From: Gemmatimonadota bacterium
Lineage (GTDB): Bacteria > Gemmatimonadota > Gemmatimonadetes > Palauibacterales > Palauibacteraceae
NCBI GenBank assembly: GCA_965116475.1
Contig: OZ220691.1
Location: 3,040,001-3,104,000 of the forward strand
Length of the DNA: 64,000 nucleotides
Direction: 5' to 3'
Of this stretch, positions 56,182 to 64,000 are shown in pieces. Each line of letters begins with the position of its first letter. Position 1 is the first letter of the stretch. Below the pieces are notes generated by a model. It searched no databases and had not been told where the DNA came from. It saw only the letters and a list, made by a program, of their open reading frames with translations. A program made the position numbers and the translations under genes.

Positions 56182-58067
56182 GCCGGGGGAGGCCAGCGTC
56201 CGCGGTCGCGGGGTTGGCGGCGCTGGCCGGGCTGGTCTGCGGGGACGGCGCCTCCGCTCCCGACGAAGGTGCGGGAGACGTCCCCGTTAGCGCGCTCACG
56301 CGTAACCAGGCGGTCCATGTCCCCATGCGCGATGGCGTCCGCATCGCCGTCGACGTGTGGCTGCCCGACGGCATCCAGCCGGGGGACCGGCTCCCGGCCA
56401 TGATGCGGGCGACCCGCTACTGGCGCGCCCGGGGCGAGGTCGGCGTCCCCCTCGAGGAGACTTCGAACTTTTCCGAGGCGGAGCGCTGGAACCGGGCGGG
56501 ATACGCGCTCGTCCTCGTGGACGGGCGGGGAAGCGGGGCTTCCTTCGGGATTCGCCGCTTCGAACTCGCCGAAGACGAGGTCAGGGACTACGGGGAGGTC
56601 GCGGACTGGATCGCGGACCAGCCCTGGTCGAACGGGCGCGTGGGCGCCTACGGCGTCTCCTACGCCGGGAACACGGCCGAGATGCTCGCGGTCAACCGCA
56701 GGCCCGCCGTGAGGGCGGTTGCGCCCCTCTTCAACGACTTCGACAACTTCGGCCACCTCATCTTCCCCGGCGGCGTGCTCACGGTCGGCTTCCTCGAGGA
56801 CTGGTCGAACCGCACGCGCATGCAGGATCTGAACGACATCTGCGGCCTCTCCGACGCGATGGGGGCTGCCTGCGACGAAGTGCGGGGCCGGGTCACCGGC
56901 GTGAAACCGGTCGACGCGGACGTCGACGGATCGCTGCTCGCCGCGGCCGTGGCGGAACACCAGGCCAATACCGTGCCTTTCGAGGCGGCGCTGGAGTACG
57001 AGTTCCGGGACGACCCGTTCGGCCCCTACGGCGAGACGAACGTCGGGCACCGCCGCAGCCCCTCCGGCCACCTCCCGCAGATCGAGGAGTCGGGCGTGGC
57101 CATGCTCGTCCGCGTCGGCTGGCAGGACGCCGGGACCGTGAACGGCACGCTCGGCCGCTACAACACGATCTCCAATGCCCAGCAAGTCTTCATCGGCCCG
57201 TGGGACCACGGGGCGCGCAACGACACGGATCCCTTCAAGGCGGACGACACGCCCGTCGCCCCTGACGCCAACGCCCGGTTCGAGGAACTCGTCGCGTTCT
57301 TCGACGCCCACCTCAAGGAGGGTGGATCCGGGGAGACACCGACGGAGATCCACTACTACACGCTGGGCGCCGACCGCTGGACGCGGACGGAGACGTGGCC
57401 GCCGGAGGGCTTCGACGACGTGACCTGGCACTTCGGCGGGGGAGGCACGCTGTCGACGGAGGCTCCCGCCTCCGAAGCGGGGGAAGATCGCTACGCCGTC
57501 GACTTCACCGCCACGACCGGGACCCGCAACCGCTGGTACACGAACGGCGGGGGCGGCGATGTCGTGTACGGCGACCGCCGCGCGGAGGATGAGAAGCTGC
57601 TGACCTACACCAGCGCTCCGCTAACGGTCGATACCGAAGTCACCGGCCACCCTGTCGTGACGCTGCACCTGGCGTCCACCGAGACGGACGGCGCCTTCAT
57701 CGTCTACCTGGAAGACGTCGCTCCGGACGGCAACGTGCGGTACATCACCGAGGGGCAGCTACGCGGCGTCATGCGCGCGGTCACGGACGACCCGCCGCTG
57801 TACCGGAAGTATGGGCCGCACCGCAGCGAGTCGCGCGCGGATGCCTTGCCGCTGGTGCCCGGGGAGGTCGCGGAGTTGAGCTTCGACCTGTGGGCGACGT
57901 CGGTGCTGTTCCGCGCCGGCCACCGCATCCGGGTCGCCCTCGCCGGCGCCGACGCCGACACCTTCCTCCGCTATCCCCGCGACGGGAGCGTCCCGGAGTG
58001 GACCGTGCACCGCAACGCGGTCCACGCGTCCCGCATCGTCCTGCCCACGAGAGGCGGCGGATCCTAG
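56178..58067 (+). CDS. CocE/NonD family alpha/beta hydrolase, exported
   Basis: MRDGVRIAVDV, DGRGSGASFG, QPWSNGRVGAYGVSY, IGPWDH; GTGA overlap with paralogue 3. Confidence 0.93.
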   Translation: MSRGRPASAVAGLAALAGLVCGDGASAPDEGAGDVPVSALTRNQAVHVPMRDGVRIAVDVWLPDGIQPGDRLPAMMRATRYWRARGEVGVPLEETSNFSEAERWNRAGYALVLVDGRGSGASFGIRRFELAEDEVRDYGEVADWIADQPWSNGRVGAYGVSYAGNTAEMLAVNRRPAVRAVAPLFNDFDNFGHLIFPGGVLTVGFLEDWSNRTRMQDLNDICGLSDAMGAACDEVRGRVTGVKPVDADVDGSLLAAAVAEHQANTVPFEAALEYEFRDDPFGPYGETNVGHRRSPSGHLPQIEESGVAMLVRVGWQDAGTVNGTLGRYNTISNAQQVFIGPWDHGARNDTDPFKADDTPVAPDANARFEELVAFFDAHLKEGGSGETPTEIHYYTLGADRWTRTETWPPEGFDDVTWHFGGGGTLSTEAPASEAGEDRYAVDFTATTGTRNRWYTNGGGGDVVYGDRRAEDEKLLTYTSAPLTVDTEVTGHPVVTLHLASTETDGAFIVYLEDVAPDGNVRYITEGQLRGVMRAVTDDPPLYRKYGPHRSESRADALPLVPGEVAELSFDLWATSVLFRAGHRIRVALAGADADTFLRYPRDGSVPEWTVHRNAVHASRIVLPTRGGGS

Positions 58068-58834
58068 GGAATCAGTTCCAGCGTCGTGCTCGTCATCATC
58101 GACGCCGGCATCCCGCCCGCCGTCAGATTCAGGGTTATCACGCTGTCGTGGCCCTGGAGGCGGCTGCTGCCCGTGTCGAAGATGGCGGTCCCGCTGACGG
58201 TGCCGGAGCCCTCGAGTGACATCCCGCCGGCGTTGCCCGACATCGTGACCGTCCCTTCGAGCGATATCTCCGCACGATCCCCGTCGACACCCACGAGCGT
58301 GTAGGCGATGTCCGTTTCCATCGTCATCGTGCTGCCCATGCCGGCCGGGACCTCGGCGGAGGTCTGTCCCGACCAGGAGTCGCCCGGACTCACTTCCCCT
58401 TCGGGCAACTCGAAGAAGGTGATCGCCAGCGTCGCGGCGACGGCAGTTTCCGCTTCCGCCGTGAGCGTCCCCACGTCGGTCAACCCGGTGGGGCGCGCGC
58501 GCGGGTCCATTGCGAACGTATAACTCATGCCCGACAGATCGGGTCCGCCCGCCCCGGGCACGGCCTCCGTCATGGTGGTGGAATCGACCACCGTGCGGAT
58601 CTCGATGACGTCGTCCGCCGCGCTGATCACCGTCTCCGTCTGGTAGCGCTTCGACGTCGACATGGTCGTACCCGCCATCGACGTCTCGGAGCCGATGAGA
58701 TACCGCGAAACCTGCCCTTCGGCCGGCATCGCGCGAAGCACGGTCGCCTGCCCGTCGAGAGGGGGCGAATACCCCAACGCGAGAGCCGCTACGGCCGGAG
58801 CCCAGGCAAAGGCTCTGATTCTCTGCTGTTTCAC
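58064..58834 (-). CDS. exported beta-rich protein, DUF6263-like (paralogue B)
   Basis: GTG at 58834 after GGAGG; signal peptide; EGQVSRY, LPEGEVSPGDSW. Confidence 0.75.
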   Translation of the reverse strand: MKQQRIRAFAWAPAVAALALGYSPPLDGQATVLRAMPAEGQVSRYLIGSETSMAGTTMSTSKRYQTETVISAADDVIEIRTVVDSTTMTEAVPGAGGPDLSGMSYTFAMDPRARPTGLTDVGTLTAEAETAVAATLAITFFELPEGEVSPGDSWSGQTSAEVPAGMGSTMTMETDIAYTLVGVDGDRAEISLEGTVTMSGNAGGMSLEGSGTVSGTAIFDTGSSRLQGHDSVITLNLTAGGMPASMMTSTTLELIP

Positions 58835-58884
58835 TGATCCTCCATCCGAGTTCAGGGGTTCGGGACTCTCGGTGGCCGGTTCCG

Positions 58885-59724
58885 TCAACTGTCCGGCATC
58901 AGTTCGAGTGCGGTCGTCGTATTCACCGTCATCGACGTCCCGGCCACGCTCATTTCCATGCTCTGCCGGCTCGTCTGGCTCACATGCCGGCCCTCGACGA
59001 GGTCGACGACCAGCGTGCCGGACAGGGTCCCCGAGCCGCTCATCGCCATGCCCTGCATGTCCATGTCCATATCCATCGGCCCCTCGAACGAGAGGGTGGC
59101 GAGACCATCGGCGAGACTCACGAACGTGTACGTGAATTCCATCTCCATTGACATCGTTCCGCCGGTCCCCATCGGAATCTCGATCGGCGTCTCGACCATC
59201 CAGGAATCCCCCGGGCTGACCTCCTCTTCGGGCAGCACGGAATGGCCGGCTCCCTGCAACATGCTCTCGACGCTCACCCCGGCGTCTTCCGGGACTCCCT
59301 CGCTCTCCACGACTTGCAGGACGCTTCCACGCGGGTCCATGTCGACCGTGAAGGACATCCCGGAGAGGTCGGGCAGCATGTCGTCCATCCCCGGCATCGG
59401 CATCCCGAAGTCCATCGTCGTGCTGGCGGAATCGACCGCCCCGCGGACCCGGGTGACGTCGCCGTCCACGCTCAGGACCGTCTGGGTCTGTTGCCAGGCC
59501 ATGGAGATGAGCGGGCTGCCGGTCGAGGGTATCATGGGACTCTCGATGCTCGTTTCCATGGAGAAGGCGTAGCGCGATACCTGCCCCTCGGGGGGCGCCA
59601 CCCGCAGCAGCAGCGGCCCTTCGCGCGGGATGGTTCGGACGGCGGGGGACGGGCCGCACGAGGCGAGGACGGCGGCGAGCGCGAGCGTCGTGGCGGCGGC
59701 GGAACTGCGCCATCGTGAAATCAT
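58885..59724 (-). CDS. Met-rich lipoprotein, DUF6263-like (paralogue A)
   Basis: ATG at 59724 after AGGAGG; lipobox LASC; EGQVSRY, LPEEEVSPGDSW. Confidence 0.78.
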   Translation of the reverse strand: MISRWRSSAAATTLALAAVLASCGPSPAVRTIPREGPLLLRVAPPEGQVSRYAFSMETSIESPMIPSTGSPLISMAWQQTQTVLSVDGDVTRVRGAVDSASTTMDFGMPMPGMDDMLPDLSGMSFTVDMDPRGSVLQVVESEGVPEDAGVSVESMLQGAGHSVLPEEEVSPGDSWMVETPIEIPMGTGGTMSMEMEFTYTFVSLADGLATLSFEGPMDMDMDMQGMAMSGSGTLSGTLVVDLVEGRHVSQTSRQSMEMSVAGTSMTVNTTTALELMPDS

Positions 59725-59935
59725 GTGGTCCTCCTGACGGTATTGAGGCAGGGACTCGGGAGTTCTCGGCGTCGAGCGCGCGATTCCCGCCCCGGCTCGG
59801 ATGTTTGTCCACGGCCGCCAGGGTGCCCGCAAGATGTGGAATCGGATCGGGGCGTGCCACCGGTACCGGGGACGATACACCTCCCGCTACCCTCGAGTTG
59901 AGACGGCATTCATGGCCGCGGGGATACATGATGGC

Positions 59936-60619
59936 ATGGCTCCGAAGATTCTCGAACTCCCGGCGAGCGAACGTCCGCGGGAGCGGCTCCGCCGCTTCAG
60001 TCCCGACGCGCTTTCGACGACGGAACTGCTCGCGGTCGTGCTCGGCGCGGGCGCGACGGGGCGTTCCGCCGTCGACGTCGCCGGGCGTCTGCTGGCGGAC
60101 TTCGGCGGCTCGCTGCGGGAGATGGGGCGCGCGGAGCCGGCCGAACTCGAGCGGACCGGGGGGGTGGGTCCGGCCCGTTCGGCCGCCGTGGCCGCCGCGC
60201 TCGCGCTCGGAAGGCGCCAGGCCGCCGAGCCCGCCCGCGCCAGCGCGCGCATCCGCAGTCCAGCCGACGTATTCGGGCGCCTCGGCCCCCTGCTGCGGGA
60301 CCGCCGGCAGGAGGAGTTCTGGGTCATCTATCTCGATACGCAGAGCCAGGTGCTGCTCGAGCGGCGGCTCACCGTGGGGCTCCTTAACAGCTCCCTCGTG
60401 CACCCGCGGGAGGTGTTCGCGCCGGCGATCGCCACGGCCTCGGCCTCCGTCATCCTCGCTCACAACCATCCGAGCGGCGAACCCGAGCCGTCGCCCGAGG
60501 ACATCGCCGTGACCTGCCAACTCGTCGAGAGCGGCCGGCTCCTCGGCATCCCCGTCCGCGACCACATCATCCTCGGCGACCGGGCCTACGTGAGCCTTCG
60601 CGAACGGGGCGTCTGCTAG
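59936..60619 (+). CDS. radC: RadC family protein (JAB/MPN domain)
   Basis: ERPRERL, VHPREVF, HNHPSG, DHIILG. Confidence 0.95.
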   Translation: MAPKILELPASERPRERLRRFSPDALSTTELLAVVLGAGATGRSAVDVAGRLLADFGGSLREMGRAEPAELERTGGVGPARSAAVAAALALGRRQAAEPARASARIRSPADVFGRLGPLLRDRRQEEFWVIYLDTQSQVLLERRLTVGLLNSSLVHPREVFAPAIATASASVILAHNHPSGEPEPSPEDIAVTCQLVESGRLLGIPVRDHIILGDRAYVSLRERGVC

Positions 60620-60737
60620 TGTAGCGTCGCCGCTCTCCGCCCGGCCCGCGCCGAAATCGCGCGCTACCGCTACCTTTACAGGTTGCCCGGGCCGATGGTC
60701 GTTCGGGCGCCGACGTCTCGGGGACGGAGCGCGAAGC

Positions 60738-62960
60738 GTGGAGAGCAGCCTCAAGCGGGAAGTCGACCGGGCCGCGCCGGGAGCGGGCCCGCGCTCGCTG
60801 CTGCCCAGGGACTTCATGAAGGCGATCGAGGGCTACGAGGCCCGCCTCGACCTCGAACTGCTCGCCCTCGCGTTCCAGTACAGCCTGGAGAAACACGAGG
60901 GCCAGAAGCGTCGCTCGGGCGAGGATTACATCCGCCACTGCGTGGAGGTCGCCAAGATCCTCATCGAGATCCGGCTCGACACCGTGAGCATCGCCGCCTC
61001 GCTCCTCCACGACGTGGTGGAGGACACGGACACGACCGTGGACGAGATCCGGACGGAGTTCGGCGAGGAAATCGCCCTCATCGTCGACGGCCTCACGAAG
61101 ATTTCGCTGTTCGCGTTCGGCTCGATGGCGGAGCGTCAGGTCGAAACCTACCGCAAGCTCCTCCTCTCCATGGCCCGCGACGCGCGCGTGATCATGGTCA
61201 AGCTCGCGGACCGTCTCCACAACATGCGGACGCTGGAGCACATGCCGGCGGGCGCGCGGCAGCGGATCGCGCTCGAAACCCGGGAGATCTACGCGCCGCT
61301 CGCCCACCGTCTCGGCGTCGCGCGCCTGAAATGGGAACTCGAAGATCTCGCCTTCAAGTTTCTCGAGCCCGAGGGGTACCGGAAGCTCGTGAAGGAGGTC
61401 AACGCCACGCGGGGCGAGCGCGAGGGACTGATCCGACGCATGGAGGAACCGCTCCGGGCCGAGCTGGACGGCGCCGGCATCGTTTGCGAAGTCACGGGGC
61501 GCCCCAAGCACCTCTGGTCCATCTACGGCAAGATGATCAAGCGCGACAAGCCGTACGAGGAGGTCTACGACACGCTGGCGATGCGGCTCATCGTGGATTC
61601 GGTGCGCGACTGCTACCACGCGCTCGGCATCGTGCACAACAAGTGGACGCCGCTCACGGAGCGCTTCCACGACTTCATCGCCACGCCGAAGTCGAACATG
61701 TACCAGAGCCTGCACACGACGATCTTCGGCCCGGGCGGCGCGCTGTACGAGATCCAGATCCGCACGCACGAGATGCACCGCACCGCGGAGTACGGGATCG
61801 CGGCGCACTGGCGCTACAAGGAGGGCGGGTCCGGAGATGAGGTCGACGACGAACTCGCGTGGTTCCGGCAGGTCCTCGAGTGGCAGCAGGAGACGCGCGA
61901 GCCGGAGGAGTTCATGGAGTTCCTCCGCATCGACCTGTTCCAGGACGAGATCTTCGTCTTCACTCCGGCGGGAGACGTCAAGCAGTTGCCGAAGGGGGCC
62001 ACGCCCATCGACTTCGCCTTCGCCGTGCACACCGAAGTCGGGCTTCGCTGCAAGGGCGCGAAGGTGAACGAACGGATCGCCCCGCTCAGCCGTCCGCTTC
62101 GGAACGGGGACACCGTGCACATCCTCACCTCCGATTCGCAGACGCCGAGCCGGGACTGGCTGGGCTTCGTGCGGAGCAGCAAGGCCCGCCACGAGATCCG
62201 GCAGTGGATCCGCGACGAAGAGCAGGAATCCGCCCTCCAGCTGGGAAAGGACATCATTCAGCGGGAGTGGAGGCGCCGCCGTCGCGGGAAGGTGGACGAG
62301 GCGGCGCTCAGGGCCGCGTGCGAGACGCTGGGGTACGACGGGCCGGATGCCCTCCACGCGGCCGCCGGACGTGGGGATGTGGGGCTCACGCGCGTGATGC
62401 GCGCCATCCTCCCCGAAGTCATCCCGGAAGTGCCCCCGAAGAGTCCGAGTCCGCTTCACAAGCTTGTGGACAAGGTCTGGGGCGGCGGCGGCCAGGGGAT
62501 TCGGATCCAGGGGATGGAGAACCTGATGGTCCGGTACTCCCAGTGTTGCCAGCCGGTCCCCGGCGACAGGGTCATCGGCTATATCACCCGCGGCCGCGGC
62601 GTTTCCATCCACCGGCAGGACTGTCCGAACGTCCTGAATCTTTCGAACGCGCCCGAACGCCGCGTGGAAATCGAGTGGCAGGCGCACGGCGAACGCCGGT
62701 TCCTCGTCCGTATCGTCATGGAGGGGACGGATCGCCACGGACTGTTTGCGGACATCGCCCGCGCGGTCAGCGACACGGGCACGAACATCCAGTCGGCCGA
62801 CATCAAGGGAATCGAGGGAGGGATGCGCGGTCAGTTCGTCGTGGAAGTCGAAAACCTGACGCACCTGCGGAAAGTCATGCGCAAGGTTCAGGGCGTGAAG
62901 GGCGTGATCTCCGTCGAACGGAAGGAATCCTTCGGGGAGAGCGGCCTCACCATCGAGTGA
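60738..62960 (+). CDS. spoT: bifunctional (p)ppGpp synthetase/hydrolase Rel/SpoT
   Basis: Intact HD motif [34 protein letters not shown] domain, [11 protein letters not shown] domain. Confidence 0.96.
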   Translation: MESSLKREVDRAAPGAGPRSLLPRDFMKAIEGYEARLDLELLALAFQYSLEKHEGQKRRSGEDYIRHCVEVAKILIEIRLDTVSIAASLLHDVVEDTDTTVDEIRTEFGEEIALIVDGLTKISLFAFGSMAERQVETYRKLLLSMARDARVIMVKLADRLHNMRTLEHMPAGARQRIALETREIYAPLAHRLGVARLKWELEDLAFKFLEPEGYRKLVKEVNATRGEREGLIRRMEEPLRAELDGAGIVCEVTGRPKHLWSIYGKMIKRDKPYEEVYDTLAMRLIVDSVRDCYHALGIVHNKWTPLTERFHDFIATPKSNMYQSLHTTIFGPGGALYEIQIRTHEMHRTAEYGIAAHWRYKEGGSGDEVDDELAWFRQVLEWQQETREPEEFMEFLRIDLFQDEIFVFTPAGDVKQLPKGATPIDFAFAVHTEVGLRCKGAKVNERIAPLSRPLRNGDTVHILTSDSQTPSRDWLGFVRSSKARHEIRQWIRDEEQESALQLGKDIIQREWRRRRRGKVDEAALRAACETLGYDGPDALHAAAGRGDVGLTRVMRAILPEVIPEVPPKSPSPLHKLVDKVWGGGGQGIRIQGMENLMVRYSQCCQPVPGDRVIGYITRGRGVSIHRQDCPNVLNLSNAPERRVEIEWQAHGERRFLVRIVMEGTDRHGLFADIARAVSDTGTNIQSADIKGIEGGMRGQFVVEVENLTHLRKVMRKVQGVKGVISVERKESFGESGLTIE

Positions 62961-62977
62961 CCCGCCGATTCGAGACT

Positions 62978-64000
62978 ATGCCCCGCTTCGACCTCCAGCT
63001 TCCATTCGAGCCGATGGGCGACCAGCCCACCGCCATCCGCGAGTTGGCCGAGGGCGTGCGCCGCGGCGACAAGTGGCAGACGCTGCTCGGCGTGACGGGC
63101 AGCGGCAAGACGGTAACGCTGGCGGCGATGATTGCGGAGGTCAATCGCCCGACGCTGGTGATGAGCCACAACAAGACGCTTGCCGCCCAGTTGTATGGAG
63201 AACTGCGACAGTTCTTCCCCCGCAACGCCGTCGAATATTTCATTTCCTATTACGACTATTACCAGCCCGAGGCCTATGTCCCCGCGACGGACACTTTCAT
63301 AGAGAAAGATGCGTCGATCAACGAGGACATCGATCGACTGCGGCTCCGCGCCACCTCGGCCCTCATGGAACGGCGAGATGTGATCGTCGTCGCCTCCGTG
63401 TCGGCGATCTACGGACTCGGCGATCCGGTCGGCTACCGTGAACTCATGCTCACGCTGCGCGAAGGGCAGGAGATATCCCGCCGGGAGATCCTCTCCCAAC
63501 TCGTGCAGATCCAGTATTCGCGGAACGATCTCGATTTCGTGCGCGGCACGTTCCGGGTGCGGGGCGATGTCATCGAGATCCTGCCCGCGTACGAGGAGCA
63601 GGGGGTAAGGGTCGAGATGTGGGGCGACGCGATCGAGCGCATCTCGAAGATCGACCCGATGACCGGCACGACCATCACCCGCCTGCCGGAGACATCGATC
63701 TTCCCGGCCACGCACTACGCGACGCTCGGCCACCGACTGGAGGAGGCCCGGCACGCGATCTACGTCGAGCTGGAGGAGCGGCTGATGCACCTCCGGCAGG
63801 ATGGCCGGCTCCTCGAGGCGCAGCGCCTGGAGCAGCGCACGCGGTTCGATCTCGAGATGCTGACGGAAGTGGGGTTCTGTCCCGGGATCGAGAACTACAG
63901 CCGGCATCTGGATGGCCGGGAGCCCGGCAGCCGTCCCTACTGCCTCCTCGACTATTTCCCGGATGACTATGTCGTGGTCGTCGACGAATCCCACGTGTCG
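62978..64000 (+). CDS. uvrB: excinuclease ABC subunit B (3' truncated; absent from ORF track)
   Basis: [60 protein letters not shown]. Confidence 0.98.
   Translation, partial: MPRFDLQLPFEPMGDQPTAIRELAEGVRRGDKWQTLLGVTGSGKTVTLAAMIAEVNRPTLVMSHNKTLAAQLYGELRQFFPRNAVEYFISYYDYYQPEAYVPATDTFIEKDASINEDIDRLRLRATSALMERRDVIVVASVSAIYGLGDPVGYRELMLTLREGQEISRREILSQLVQIQYSRNDLDFVRGTFRVRGDVIEILPAYEEQGVRVEMWGDAIERISKIDPMTGTTITRLPETSIFPATHYATLGHRLEEARHAIYVELEERLMHLRQDGRLLEAQRLEQRTRFDLEMLTEVGFCPGIENYSRHLDGREPGSRPYCLLDYFPDDYVVVVDESHVS

Noticed and set aside
59936..60619. radC as a marker of a mobile element
   Set aside because: It is the full-length chromosomal type with the N-terminal ERPRERL region, sits beside spoT and uvrB, and has no integrase or att site nearby.
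58064..60817. 917-aa minus-strand ORF
   Set aside because: Only the last 256 aa (from GTG 58834, with RBS and signal peptide) look real. The rest overlaps paralogue A out of frame and radC in antisense.

Overview
High-GC bacterial chromosomal window with no rRNA, tRNA, CRISPR array, transposase or integrase recognised. Gemmatimonadota/FCB-like by inference from the large SecA insertions, the RpoA sequence and the many Tat/lipoprotein hydrolases. Bases 1-24316 hold the core cluster: 5'-truncated rpoC, str (rpsL-rpsG-fusA-tuf), complete S10/spc/alpha clusters and rpmB. A co-oriented, tightly packed block follows: hemD-hemB, a nucleotide-sugar module (Rmd-like SDR, ugd, UDP-glucuronate decarboxylase, GT2), a TPR lipoprotein, bamD, nadD and secA. 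The accessory stretch (about 36-60 kb) has a cupredoxin lipoprotein, a PLP aminotransferase, a Tat-signal SDR, two type II toxin-antitoxin modules with visible operators, and two convergent GcvT-family demethylases. It also has a BNR/VPS10 protein, a ComEC-type MBL-LTD plus DUF3006 pair, an At5g03900-like membrane protein, three tandem Tat-lipoprotein GGT-fold Ntn-hydrolases coupled to a CocE/NonD hydrolase, and two Met-rich exported paralogues. The window ends with radC, rel/spoT and 3'-truncated uvrB. Most notable: (1) the GGT-fold triplet has lost the gamma-glutamyl-binding residues; (2) a sharp C-depleted codon signature is confined to tuf and the 3' end of one GGT paralogue; (3) attenuator-like RNA structures occur in the rpsL leader and the rpsL-rpsG spacer; (4) uL23 and SecA carry unusual insertions. 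All family calls come from motif recognition by eye, without database searches.
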